Positions 34,832 through 44,205 of a stretch of DNA of 64,000 nt are shown here, in pieces. How positions within the stretch are numbered: position 1 is the stretch's first letter; each line of letters starts with the position of its first letter. The notes beneath the pieces are model-generated. The model worked only from the letters and a program-made list of their open reading frames with translations, made no database searches and was not told the DNA's origin. This DNA is from an uncultured bacterium. GTDB lineage: Bacteria > Myxococcota_A > Polyangia > Polyangiales > Polyangiaceae. A program made the position numbers and the translations under genes. The stretch lies in the NCBI GenBank assembly GCA_966249405.1, contig CBINDO010000007.1, positions 5,686 through 69,685 on the forward strand, read 5' to 3'.

Positions 34832-35986
34832 TCAGCGAAGGCTCTTGGTGCATAGCCCCAACGTGTTGCGCCCGTCTGGAGAGATGAACACGGTTCCGTC
34901 GATGTTCGTACCTCGCTGAACGCCGTGCCCCGTCTGCTGACAATCCTCCTCGACGAAGCCGAGACGGATGCAACGCCCTTGCGATTCTCCGGGATATACG
35001 CCGCAAGCCAACCCGGATACGCAATCTTCGTTGTCAGTGCAGTACGAGTTGTCGACTTCGTAACCTTTGGCCGGCATGCAGTGCGGATACAGCGGCCGCG
35101 GGCTCGACGCTTCGTCCGGTCCGACCCCGGGATGGCAGTAGGCTCCCTCACCGCAATCCGAGTAAGGTGCCGTCCAATATTCGTCGCGCAAGCCCAGCTC
35201 TTGCTGACCCTGCATGGCCTTTACCCAACGTTCAGCACTGCTCCACACCGCTGGCGAGCGGGTCAAGACATTGCAGTGCCCGACGCACACGTTGCGCCCA
35301 CCCTCTGAGAACGTTGCGCAAGAGCTGCCATCTTCGCAGAAGTGTCCCGGGTTCTCGCACTGCGGTCGGCACAGCCCCGCTTCGCAGACCTGCCCTGCGG
35401 TGCAATCTTGGTCGAAGCCGCACGGTGCATACGTTTGCGTCTCACCGGGAGTAAAGCAAAGGGTTTGCCCCGTGTGCTGGTCGGCAACCCGACACACCAG
35501 CCCTGACTCACACCCGCAGCTGGTCCTGAGCTCGCATTCGCTGCCAGGGATATCGGGTATCGCGCAAGCCTCGGCATCGGGTGCCGCATCGGCCGCGGCA
35601 TCCGACCACGTGAGCTCCGCATCCGTCGAGCTTCGCGCATCGAACGTTTCCGGTTGCATGGCGTCCACGGCAGCGTCGCGAGCAGCGTCCGCATCGTGTC
35701 CGTTGGCTGGATCGGGGCCGGCCTCTGCTGCCGATAATCTGTCGCTACCAGCTTCCGACATCGTAGCGGCGTCGAGCCCTCCTTCCGACCACCCGTTGTG
35801 CCTCGCAACGTTGTCGACTCCACTCGGCCCAGCCCCATCGGGTATGTCCGCAGCATCGGCCGACGTCAGGTTTTTGTTGGTGCTCGTGTCGTGGAGCTTG
35901 AGCTCGTTGAGTTTGTCGGTGTTGGCTGGCGTCGGTGAACAAGCAATGCCCCACGCGAGGCAAAGCCACACTGTCCTAGTCCCCAT
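34832..35986 (-). CDS. Exported Cys-rich lipoprotein
   Basis: Signal peptide with lipobox: VWLCLAWGIAC. An acidic Ala/Asp-rich linker follows, then ~28 Cys in DC-x-x-G-x-x-C type spacing (CGFDQDCTAGQVCEAGLC, CTDNEDCVSGLAC). Confidence 0.7.
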   Translation of the reverse strand: MGTRTVWLCLAWGIACSPTPANTDKLNELKLHDTSTNKNLTSADAADIPDGAGPSGVDNVARHNGWSEGGLDAATMSEAGSDRLSAAEAGPDPANGHDADAARDAAVDAMQPETFDARSSTDAELTWSDAAADAAPDAEACAIPDIPGSECELRTSCGCESGLVCRVADQHTGQTLCFTPGETQTYAPCGFDQDCTAGQVCEAGLCRPQCENPGHFCEDGSSCATFSEGGRNVCVGHCNVLTRSPAVWSSAERWVKAMQGQQELGLRDEYWTAPYSDCGEGAYCHPGVGPDEASSPRPLYPHCMPAKGYEVDNSYCTDNEDCVSGLACGVYPGESQGRCIRLGFVEEDCQQTGHGVQRGTNIDGTVFISPDGRNTLGLCTKSLR

Positions 35987-36187
35987 AGCCCAACGTTAGA
36001 CCCCGGAAACTCACAGGACAAGGTCCAATCATGGTTTGCGTCAAAAGGACTCCGACCCGGTGTGACGTGTGGTTCCATGGTAGGACATAGCGGACTCGGA
36101 CGCGCGCTGCGGCGTGGCCGGTTGTCTCGCCGAGTCTCACCCGGGTGGTCCGAGCGCGGTGAAACGTCGCTACGAAAGCTTTTCCTA

Positions 36188-36910
36188 TTAAGCGGGCCCA
36201 GGCGTCTTGTGAGACCGCGGCGCCGAGATCGCGGCGAGGGTCGAGCTCAACGCGGTCGCCGCTTCTGGCGGAGCGTCCGGAGTGTCGAGATAAAGCGCAA
36301 CATCGGCCAAGGTCACAGCGCCGAGCAAGCGTTCGTTCTCGACCACGGGAATGCGACGCACTTGCGTCCTGCGCATCAGCTCCAGAATCTCGGTCAACGT
36401 CGCGCTCGGCGGCACCACCACGACTTGTGTCGACATCGTGCTCCAAACCTGAATGTCACCCAAGAGCTGGCCACGCGTGTATGCAGCCATGCAGACGTCT
36501 CGATCCGTCACCACGCCCACGAGGTTGCCGCCGCGATCGCAGACTGGCAAGAAACCGCAATCCAGATCCCACATCAGCTGGGCGGCGTGTGACAAAGTAT
36601 CGGAAGGCGCACAGGCCTGCACCGGTCGCATCAATTCACCGGCCTTCGCTTGCAGGGATGCGCCAGGATGCTCACGCAACACTTGTCTCAGACCCTCCGT
36701 CACTTCGGCGATGAGTTTGAGCGCCGCGTGTTCGGCTCCGAGGTCGAGGTGACTCTGGAGCGCCTCGAGGCGACCCTCCAATTGCCGGAACCGCGATTGA
36801 GCCTCGAGGCTCAACAGATGAAGGCGGACCCTGGTCGTGCCCCGAATGCGTGACAGATTGAGGAGCGGATCTCGTACGCTGGTGTCGGTCGGGGCGCTGG
36901 ATGCGGTCAT
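36188..36910 (-). CDS. CBS-pair domain protein with an N-terminal coiled-coil segment
   Basis: Two CBS motifs: LMRPVQACAPSDTLSHAAQLMWDLDCGFLPVCDRGGNLVGVVTDRDV and TLTEILELMRRTQVRRIPVVENERLLGAVTLADV. Confidence 0.8.
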   Translation of the reverse strand: MTASSAPTDTSVRDPLLNLSRIRGTTRVRLHLLSLEAQSRFRQLEGRLEALQSHLDLGAEHAALKLIAEVTEGLRQVLREHPGASLQAKAGELMRPVQACAPSDTLSHAAQLMWDLDCGFLPVCDRGGNLVGVVTDRDVCMAAYTRGQLLGDIQVWSTMSTQVVVVPPSATLTEILELMRRTQVRRIPVVENERLLGAVTLADVALYLDTPDAPPEAATALSSTLAAISAPRSHKTPGPA

Positions 36911-37203
36911 GGGCTTCTCCTAGGGTGGTGTTGGGCAACTGGGGCCGCCAATTAACCCGCGACGTCCCAATGTTAGACGTTACGGGGTAGGATGGCCACC
37001 GATAGGTTGCGGCGATGTTGCTCGGAGTCAAGTCCGCAGAACTTGCAGCGCGCCCTGCGGGATTCGCGTTATTAGCGCGCTTTTGTCACGACAAGGCAAT
37101 TGCTTCGGGTACGGTGCTTGCATGAAGGCGCGGTCTGCCAGTCTGGGGTTGTTCCCAGGTCGGGCGACGGCGCCGGTTTGAGATTCAAAGCGAGACGAAC
37201 CGA

Positions 37204-38604
37204 ATGTTTTTGGAGTTCTACGGAGCAGCGGACCAGGTTACCGGATCTCTACATCGCGTGAACGTGTGTGGCCGCGACATCCTGCTAGACTGCGGCTTGT
37301 TCCAGGGCCACCGAGCGGAAGCGAATCAACGCAATCGTGAGTTGCCGAAGTGGGCACTGTCGGCTGATTGCCTGGTGCTGAGCCACGCCCACCTGGATCA
37401 TAGCGGTAACATTCCGACGTTGGTCAAACGGGGGTTCCGGGGCAACGTCTTCACCACTCCTCCAACTCGCGATCTTTGCTCGGTCATGTGGCGCGATGCC
37501 GGCATGATCCAGGAGCAAGATGCCAGATACCTCAACCGGCGCAACGAACGCGACGGCATCGACGAGCGCGTGGTACCGATTTACACTGTCGAAGACGCGC
37601 AGGTGGCGGTGGAGAGGTTGTTCTCCGTGCCGTTCCATAGGTCATTCGAGATCTGCAGGGGCGCCACCCTCACGTTCCACAACTCCGGCCATGTCTTGGG
37701 TTCGGCTTTGGCAGAACTCGTACTCGAGGAGGGTGGTCGAACGATTCGCCTGTTGTTCACGGGGGACCTGGGGCGCGCCGAGCTGCCCCTCATGCAAACC
37801 CCCGAGACGGTCTCTGGCGTCGACGTGATGTTGATGGAGAGCACTTATGGCCACCGGGAACACGAAGACATTCGCGACCTGGACGCGCGCCTGGGAGAGA
37901 TCGTGCAACGGACGATCAGTCGCGGTGGACGGGTGTACGTCCCCACTTTCGCGCTCGAGCGTGCACAAGAGGTGCTGTTCGCCCTCGACCGGCTGCACGC
38001 AGCGGGGCAAGTGCCGCGTGTGCCCATCTACATCGATAGCCCTTTGGCGATCGCCATTACCGAGATCTACAAGCTGCATCCCGAGTGTTTGGACCGTGAC
38101 GTCCGCGAGCGCGTCGCTGCTAACGAGGATCCGTTTGCACCCCCAGGTTTGACTTACGTCGCGAACGTGGAAGCCTCGAAGGCGCTACAATCGAGCACCG
38201 AGCCCTGTATCATCATGGCAGGTTCGGGGATGTGTGAAGGAGGGCGCATCTTGTTTCACTTCAGCAAAGCGCTCTCGGACCCCAAGAACAGCGTGGTTTT
38301 GGTCGGCTTCATGGCCCAGCACACCTTGGGGCGGCGCATTCAAGAGCGAAGGTCCAGCGTGAAGGTGTTTGGTGTCGAGCGTGAGTTGCGTGCTGAAGTT
38401 CACGCTTTGGGCGGCCTGTCGGCGCACGCGGATGCGACCGACCTGGTGCAGTATGCCCGCGCGACGGCGCGTGCAGGCAACTTGCAGCGCGTGTTCTTGG
38501 TTCACGGCGAAGACGACAGCCGACGTGCGCTCGCTCAACGTTTGGCTACCGAGGCCAACCTCATCGCCGATCTGCCGGAACGCGGGACGCGCGTGGTGCT
38601 CTGA
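37204..38604 (+). CDS. MBL-fold metallo-hydrolase of the beta-CASP (RNA-metabolising) family
   Basis: HxHxDH motif: LSHAHLDHSGNIP. At 466 aa with the downstream beta-CASP motifs (ESTYG, later conserved His residues, SAHAD), the size and architecture fit bacterial CPSF73/RNase J-like proteins. Confidence 0.9.
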   Translation: MFLEFYGAADQVTGSLHRVNVCGRDILLDCGLFQGHRAEANQRNRELPKWALSADCLVLSHAHLDHSGNIPTLVKRGFRGNVFTTPPTRDLCSVMWRDAGMIQEQDARYLNRRNERDGIDERVVPIYTVEDAQVAVERLFSVPFHRSFEICRGATLTFHNSGHVLGSALAELVLEEGGRTIRLLFTGDLGRAELPLMQTPETVSGVDVMLMESTYGHREHEDIRDLDARLGEIVQRTISRGGRVYVPTFALERAQEVLFALDRLHAAGQVPRVPIYIDSPLAIAITEIYKLHPECLDRDVRERVAANEDPFAPPGLTYVANVEASKALQSSTEPCIIMAGSGMCEGGRILFHFSKALSDPKNSVVLVGFMAQHTLGRRIQERRSSVKVFGVERELRAEVHALGGLSAHADATDLVQYARATARAGNLQRVFLVHGEDDSRRALAQRLATEANLIADLPERGTRVVL

Positions 38605-38610
38605 GCATGA

Positions 38611-39459
38611 TCACTCGCGCCGAGTAAACGCCGTCAGGTGGTACTCGACCCAGCCGCGCCGCACGCAATGCTGGAGTGCGGTGCTGCCCCGCAAGCTGTC
38701 CCAATACGGTCCGCGCAACAGCGGTAACTTCAGTAGAGTGTGTCCCAGGTAAACGAGCCACGGGGCGACCACTCGCTGATGAGAGGTCACGTTCTTGTGA
38801 TCGAGCACCGAGAAGCCAGACTGCTCGGCAATCTCGGCGGTTTGCTGCCACGTGCGCAGCCCGTAGGCACGCCAGCCTGTCTCGAAGGCGTCGAGCCAAG
38901 CCGAATTAGCGCTGGTTCGGCCGGGCGCCGCGGCGTAGTCGTCGCAAACCAAGAGTTTCCCGCCGGGACGCACGAGCCGCGCGGCTTCGCGAAAGAAGCG
39001 ACCCGCTGCTTCCACGTGGATCAGCGACTCGATCGCGTAAGCCACGTCGAAAGGGCCAGTGAGGGAGGTAGCCGTCATGTCTTCCGTACGGAACTCGCAC
39101 CGTGCCGACAACCCGAGCTCGGTCGCTCGCTTGACGGCCCAATCGCGTTGCACCTCGCTGAGCGTTACGCCGGTCACGTGGCAATCGCAGCGCGCCGTCA
39201 GCCACGTGGCCGTACCACCGATGCCGCAGCCCAAGTCCACGAGCCGAGTTGGCCCGAGCGCAGCGTGCCGCGAGGTCTCGACGTGGGAGAGCACGTACCG
39301 ATTGACGTACTCGAATGCTTGTTTAGAGTTAACGACCCCCGGCGCCCACAATTCGCGGTGGATGGCCGCCACGTGAACGCCGCTTCCGCCCCACCGGAGG
39401 AAAGGCGCCGTGTTGTGGTCGTAGTACTCGGACACACGGCTCGCGTGGGCGACTTGCAT
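38611..39459 (-). CDS. Class I SAM-dependent methyltransferase
   Basis: I chose the internal ATG at 39459. Motif I: LVDLGCGIGGTATWL. Post-I acidic residue: VTGVTLSE. Motif: GKLLVCDD. It is convergent with the beta-CASP gene, with a 6-bp gap. Confidence 0.8.
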   Translation of the reverse strand: MQVAHASRVSEYYDHNTAPFLRWGGSGVHVAAIHRELWAPGVVNSKQAFEYVNRYVLSHVETSRHAALGPTRLVDLGCGIGGTATWLTARCDCHVTGVTLSEVQRDWAVKRATELGLSARCEFRTEDMTATSLTGPFDVAYAIESLIHVEAAGRFFREAARLVRPGGKLLVCDDYAAAPGRTSANSAWLDAFETGWRAYGLRTWQQTAEIAEQSGFSVLDHKNVTSHQRVVAPWLVYLGHTLLKLPLLRGPYWDSLRGSTALQHCVRRGWVEYHLTAFTRRE

Positions 39460-39611
39460 CACGTCGAGCGTAGCCGATCTGCCTACGGTTCGGCTAGGGT
39501 GGCCCCGGGGCGTCACGGCAATCCTTGCGCGTTGCGACTTTCCGGCCCTGCGCGATGTTGACAGGGTTGAATTTGTGACCATCCGTAGGAGAGACTTTCC
39601 CGGTCATCCTC

Positions 39612-41231
39612 ATGCCCCAGCCCGACTCGTGCGCCCTCGACCGCGGCATCCCTCGCCGCAACTTTGGACTGACGAAGCGGCACATCTTGGCGAGCGTCCT
39701 CCTCGGCGTCTCGGTAGCTGGATTGCCGCGTCCAGCTATGGCACAGCCCAACGGCGTGAGCGATAGTCGCGACGCGGACACGGCCAGCGGAGCCGCTGCG
39801 GTGACGAAGCCGGAGACGACTCCGCAGCAGAGCCCCTCCGTCACGCTGGTGGAGCCAGAGCCGGAGCTTCACGCGGTACGCGCCGTATTGACCTTCGAGA
39901 CGGTGTTTCTGCTCGGTTGGGGTTATTACCTAATGACGGCGGACTTCAAGCAGCAGTTCGATATCGACTATCGGTGGGACGTGTTTCGACGAAAGATAAG
40001 CGGTGAATCCTTCGTCTTCGATACGAACCACTTCGGTACCAACTTCATAGGGCATCCGTTGGGCGGCGCAGGTTACTATCTTTCCGCGCGTTCCAACGGC
40101 ATGGGCACGCTCGGTTCTTCCGCCATTTCCGTCACGGGTTCGCTGCTGTGGGAGTTGTTCGGCGAGGTCCGAGAGGAAATCAGCATGAACGACATGATCA
40201 CGACGCCCATGGCCGGCATCGCGATTGGCGAGACGACCTACCAGATGGCTCGTTTCTTCGACCGTGCCGAGGGTAACCTGCTGAATCGCACGTTGGGTTT
40301 GTTGTTGGGTCCGTTCACGACCCTCAACGACGTGCTCGATGGTCATGCGCCGGAACGGGTGCGTTCCGGGTATCCTCGCGATGGCTGGCATCAGGTGATG
40401 GCGCGTGCTGCGCTGTCGCAAGTTTACGAAGCTGGTGCAGCGGACTTGCATCCCGAGGCCGAGCTGTTGGCCAACGTGCGTGTGGAGAGCCTACCCGTGC
40501 CACACGAGCCTCAGCCTCTGACGACGTCGTGGTTCGATCGCGGCAACATCACTCAATTGCGGGTCGAGCTTGCGGCCTCTAGCTCCGGATTGTCACGGGT
40601 CGAAGTCGCTACGAATGCGGTCTTGGGCGGAATCGGCTACCGGGCGAGCCGCGGCACCCATGACGCGGAGTTCGGATACGTTGGTCTCGGCATGGGGTTC
40701 CACTACACGGGCAGAAGTTACGATCGCAGCACGGGTGGACCTCTCAATCGATTGTCGGGGGTGCAACCCATGAGCTTGAGCACCGGCCACCACGTACGTC
40801 GTGGCGCGTTCACTTTGGATGGCTGGCTGCGCGCCGGGCCAGCATTTGCGGGCATGGACGTGCTGTCGCCCACCGCGGAACTCGAGTCCGACCCGCGCCT
40901 TCCTCCGGTTACGCGTCTGCACGGCTACTACATGGGTTGGGGTGCCAGCTCGGAGGCTCAAGTACAAATGGGATTTCACGACCTGCGATGGGGCGGCGGC
41001 ATGTCCGCCGAGGCGTACCGCAGCGGTCGTGCCCCTGGCGAGCTGCCCGTGACGCGACTGCTCGACTCTTACCGCCAAACTCACGGCTACTTCGGGTATC
41101 ATTTCCCCGGTACGTCCTCGGAGCTCAGAGCCTTTTGGGTCTGGCGCGACCGAGCGGGCACAGCCGATCGTCAACACCTTCACTTCAACGAACACAGCCT
41201 AGGCCTTCAACTATGCGCTTTCGGCAACTGA
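39612..41231 (+). CDS. Exported protein, paralogue 1 of a pair (conserved N-terminal domain, possibly DUF3943-type, plus a beta-rich C-terminal region)
   Basis: Signal peptide: ILASVLLGVSVAGLPRPAMA. Conserved block: FDTNHFGTNFIGHPLGGAGYYLSARSNG...LLWELFGEVREEISMNDMITTPMAGIAIGETTYQMARFF. This block is homologous to the 42651-44171 product. Confidence 0.75.
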   Translation: MPQPDSCALDRGIPRRNFGLTKRHILASVLLGVSVAGLPRPAMAQPNGVSDSRDADTASGAAAVTKPETTPQQSPSVTLVEPEPELHAVRAVLTFETVFLLGWGYYLMTADFKQQFDIDYRWDVFRRKISGESFVFDTNHFGTNFIGHPLGGAGYYLSARSNGMGTLGSSAISVTGSLLWELFGEVREEISMNDMITTPMAGIAIGETTYQMARFFDRAEGNLLNRTLGLLLGPFTTLNDVLDGHAPERVRSGYPRDGWHQVMARAALSQVYEAGAADLHPEAELLANVRVESLPVPHEPQPLTTSWFDRGNITQLRVELAASSSGLSRVEVATNAVLGGIGYRASRGTHDAEFGYVGLGMGFHYTGRSYDRSTGGPLNRLSGVQPMSLSTGHHVRRGAFTLDGWLRAGPAFAGMDVLSPTAELESDPRLPPVTRLHGYYMGWGASSEAQVQMGFHDLRWGGGMSAEAYRSGRAPGELPVTRLLDSYRQTHGYFGYHFPGTSSELRAFWVWRDRAGTADRQHLHFNEHSLGLQLCAFGN

Positions 41232-42646
41232 ACATCGCAAGCACTGATCGCTGGTTTGGGGTCCGTCTGGCGCTCGCCGTCATCTGCTGTACTGGCTCCG
41301 CCTACGCCCACGAAACAGATTCGGGCGGCGCGTCTCGAGCGCCTTCCGTCGTGCACGCTGCGTCTGGCGAGTTTGTCGTTGGGGAGCCGCCCTCCGCTGT
41401 GACGGCTGAGCCGGCTGCAGTCACAGAGTCAACGACCGTGGACGCAGACGCTGCCGACGCCGAAGGCGCAGAGAACGAGGCGACGGTCGGCACGGCCATC
41501 GAACCACGCACGCCCGTTCCCAGCGGTCCGCCACCTCTGCCCGCGGAAAAGCCCCTAACGGTCGAGAGTCAACCAACGCCAGCGCCGCAAGTCGTAGAGG
41601 ATGCAGAGGCCTACCGGGCTCGGTTTGCCCGAGCCCGCGCCGCGTTGATCGACAACCGTGACGAAGAAGCACTGGCCGCCTTCGAAATATTGGCCGAGGA
41701 CGCGCCTACGGCAGAGGAGCGGCGAGTGGCTGAGGAGTTCGCCAACTTGGCTCGCGAGCGGGTCGCGGCGCGTCAACGCGAGCTACCACCACCTCACGTA
41801 CGTACCACGGACGAGTTGTCGGTGTTGTACACAACAGCGTTCACCTATGGGTTCGGGACGAGCGCTTGGTTGGCCCTGCAAGTGAAACCGAGCAACTTTG
41901 CGGCCGCCGTCTTGCCGTTCGTCGCCATCACTGGTGCGGCGGTTGGCGGCGTCGCATTGGTCGACAGCTACAGCCCGTTTCGCCTTGGTGTGCCGCAGTC
42001 CATCTCGGCTGGCACGATCCTGGGGACACTCGAAGGCGTGTGGTTGGTAGGTTATCAACACGCCGTAGCGTCTCGCCGCGACGAAGATCAATGGGGTTCC
42101 CCTACCGTCGCGACGTTCCTGTGGGCGGGAGCGACGTTGGGCGGCGTTGCCGGCGGTCTCATCGGCGCGGCGCGAGAGCCGACCCCCGGGCAGGTTTCGT
42201 ACACCACGTCCGGTGGCCTCTGGGGCGGCATCGCGGGGGCGCTCATCGCCGGTGCAGCCGAGAGTCAAACGAGTTACCGCGCCGAGCGGGCTTACGCCAT
42301 CGGCGCACTTGGTTACAATGCGGCTCTGCTCGCGGCATTGGCCACGAGCCCACAGCTGGCGCCCAGCGTTGCGCGGGTTCGTTTGGTGGATCTCGGCGGG
42401 TTGGCGGGTGGCCTATTGGGGGCTGGAGGTTACCTCCTGATCGCAGACGACGCAGCGAGCTCACGCGCGGCCATGGGAGCGGCGGCCGGTGGTGCGTTGC
42501 TGGGTCTAGGTTTCAGCTGGTGGGCGACTTCCGGCATGCCCGAGGAGCCGCACCCGCCCGCCGAGCAACCCTTGTTGTCCCGGCTTCGTCCAACGGTCGT
42601 TCCCGTTAGACAAGGTGCGGTAGGCGTGTTGGAATTGACCCTGTAA
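41213..42646 (+). CDS. Exported/membrane protein: acidic Ala-rich N-terminal region + Gly-rich polytopic membrane domain
   Basis: I chose the internal ATG at 41213; it overlaps the upstream gene by 19 nt. Signal peptide: VRLALAVICCTGSAYA. A helical Ala/Glu/Arg region follows. About 7 Gly/Ala-rich hydrophobic segments then occur (LGGVAGGLIGAA, GGLWGGIAGALIAGAA, GGLAGGLLGAGGYLLI). Confidence 0.65.
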   Translation: MRFRQLNIASTDRWFGVRLALAVICCTGSAYAHETDSGGASRAPSVVHAASGEFVVGEPPSAVTAEPAAVTESTTVDADAADAEGAENEATVGTAIEPRTPVPSGPPPLPAEKPLTVESQPTPAPQVVEDAEAYRARFARARAALIDNRDEEALAAFEILAEDAPTAEERRVAEEFANLARERVAARQRELPPPHVRTTDELSVLYTTAFTYGFGTSAWLALQVKPSNFAAAVLPFVAITGAAVGGVALVDSYSPFRLGVPQSISAGTILGTLEGVWLVGYQHAVASRRDEDQWGSPTVATFLWAGATLGGVAGGLIGAAREPTPGQVSYTTSGGLWGGIAGALIAGAAESQTSYRAERAYAIGALGYNAALLAALATSPQLAPSVARVRLVDLGGLAGGLLGAGGYLLIADDAASSRAAMGAAAGGALLGLGFSWWATSGMPEEPHPPAEQPLLSRLRPTVVPVRQGAVGVLELTL

Positions 42647-42650
42647 TCCT

Positions 42651-44171
42651 TTGGAACGGTCCTTGTTCGCGAAGCACCTCGTGCGAATATCACTGAAGAC
42701 GGTGGTCGCGGCCAGTCTTGCTTTGGGTATTCTTGGTTCGGCAACCGACGCCGCTGCGCAACAAGCGAAGAAGCAGTCGGATACATCGAGCGAGTCACGT
42801 GCGCTAAGGATAGCTTTGGAGGAGGTCGGCCTCCTGCTGGCTGGGACGGGGTACTACTTCATGCAGCATGAAGTGAACTCGTTGGACTGGACCTTCGATT
42901 ACAGTTGGGACACCGTCGAGGCCAAGCTCACGGGCGATGCTTATTCGTTCGACACCAACTACTTCAAGACCAATACACTTGCTCACTCCGGGGCCGGCAC
43001 GCTTTACTACTTGGCCGCTCGGGGCAACTACTTGTCGCCGGCCGAATCACTAGCCGTCGGGTTCTTCGCGTCCGCGGCTTGGGAGTTCTTCGCCGAGTTC
43101 CGTGAGCGCGTCAGCATCAACGATCAAATGGTGACGCCGTTTGGTGGTTTCGCTTTCGGCGAAGCCATGACGCAGGTGGGGCGCCTGTTCTTGCGTGGCT
43201 GTGACAGCACGGCGTTCGGCATCGTAGGTGCCGTATTTGCTCCAAGCGAAAGCTTGCATCGTTCCATTGACGGTACGCAATTACCCCGCGCGCGGCACTG
43301 CAACGCAAGTGGCTTCTCGACGCGCGACGACTACGTACTGCGGCTTGGCTTGGGCGCATCCTTCAGTGGCAATTGGAGCGCGCGGGATGGTAGGGGGTGG
43401 CTGTTGGCGCACGGTGACGCGCTGATCCTGGACGTGCCGAAGAATCAGACGGTGCAGGAGCCGTGGCGCGCCTTCTACGACGGTGGTCTGTCGCAGTTGA
43501 ACGTTCGCGTGCAGGCCGCTGCCGACGAGCTGCGCGAGATCGACGTGGTCGCTCGAGGTTCACTGTTCGGTTCTGCTTACCGGGACGTGACCACCAATAC
43601 CGTAGCCCTGCTCGCCTTGGGGGCTGGGGTCAACTATTCGGAGCGCCGCTACTCCGCTGCTCCTGCCCCGAGGGACCCGTTCTTCGTGCTGGAGGCGCCT
43701 GCCCTGTTCGCGCATTGGAGGCGCGCCTATGGGCGCCACCGCCTGGAGTTGGGGTTGGTCGCGGGTGCCGCTTTCGTCCAGGCTGGAGCTTTCGCCTTGC
43801 CCGTTTACCTGGAAACCAACGAGGCGGACGAGCTCACTCCAGTCGTCGCGAATCGCGGTTACAGCCATGGTTTTGGTCTCACTCTCAGCCCTCACCTCCG
43901 GTGGACCTCGCCTCTCCACGAAGTTTGGCTCGGCGCGCGAGTCGACCGCGCGTGGGCAGTACGCAGCCGCATCGGTGACCAGCTCGCGTCCAGCCCCGTC
44001 GAGGAAGAGGAGGCGCGTCGTCGACTCAGAGCCGCGTTGTCTTTGGGCGAGGACGAGCGCTGGCGGTTTCGGACCGAGGCAGATTTCATCGTTCGACGCG
44101 GGACTTTGGGTCAGGTCGAGCGGCGTCGCGGTGAGTTTACCTGGACGACGGGCGTAGAAGGGCGATTCTGA
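42651..44171 (+). CDS. Exported protein, paralogue 2 of the pair
   Basis: Signal peptide: VVAASLALGILGSATDAAA. Conserved block: FDTNYFKTNTLAHSGAGTLYYLAARGN...AAWEFFAEFRERVSINDQMVTPFGGFAFGEAMTQVGRLF. The protein ends ...TTGVEGRF with an OMP-like terminal Phe. The track start is TTG; GTG 42681 is an alternative. Confidence 0.75.
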   Translation: MERSLFAKHLVRISLKTVVAASLALGILGSATDAAAQQAKKQSDTSSESRALRIALEEVGLLLAGTGYYFMQHEVNSLDWTFDYSWDTVEAKLTGDAYSFDTNYFKTNTLAHSGAGTLYYLAARGNYLSPAESLAVGFFASAAWEFFAEFRERVSINDQMVTPFGGFAFGEAMTQVGRLFLRGCDSTAFGIVGAVFAPSESLHRSIDGTQLPRARHCNASGFSTRDDYVLRLGLGASFSGNWSARDGRGWLLAHGDALILDVPKNQTVQEPWRAFYDGGLSQLNVRVQAAADELREIDVVARGSLFGSAYRDVTTNTVALLALGAGVNYSERRYSAAPAPRDPFFVLEAPALFAHWRRAYGRHRLELGLVAGAAFVQAGAFALPVYLETNEADELTPVVANRGYSHGFGLTLSPHLRWTSPLHEVWLGARVDRAWAVRSRIGDQLASSPVEEEEARRRLRAALSLGEDERWRFRTEADFIVRRGTLGQVERRRGEFTWTTGVEGRF

Positions 44172-44205
44172 TGCGCTCGACTTTGGTGATTGAAAGCCAA
44201 AGCTA

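Noticed and set aside
37107-37122. GG-N10-GC with a good -12 element (TTGCAT) upstream of the beta-CASP gene, considered as a sigma-54 promoter.
   Set aside because: The -24 element is poor (CGGGTAC versus TGGCACG). GG-N10-GC matches are expected by chance in GC-rich DNA.
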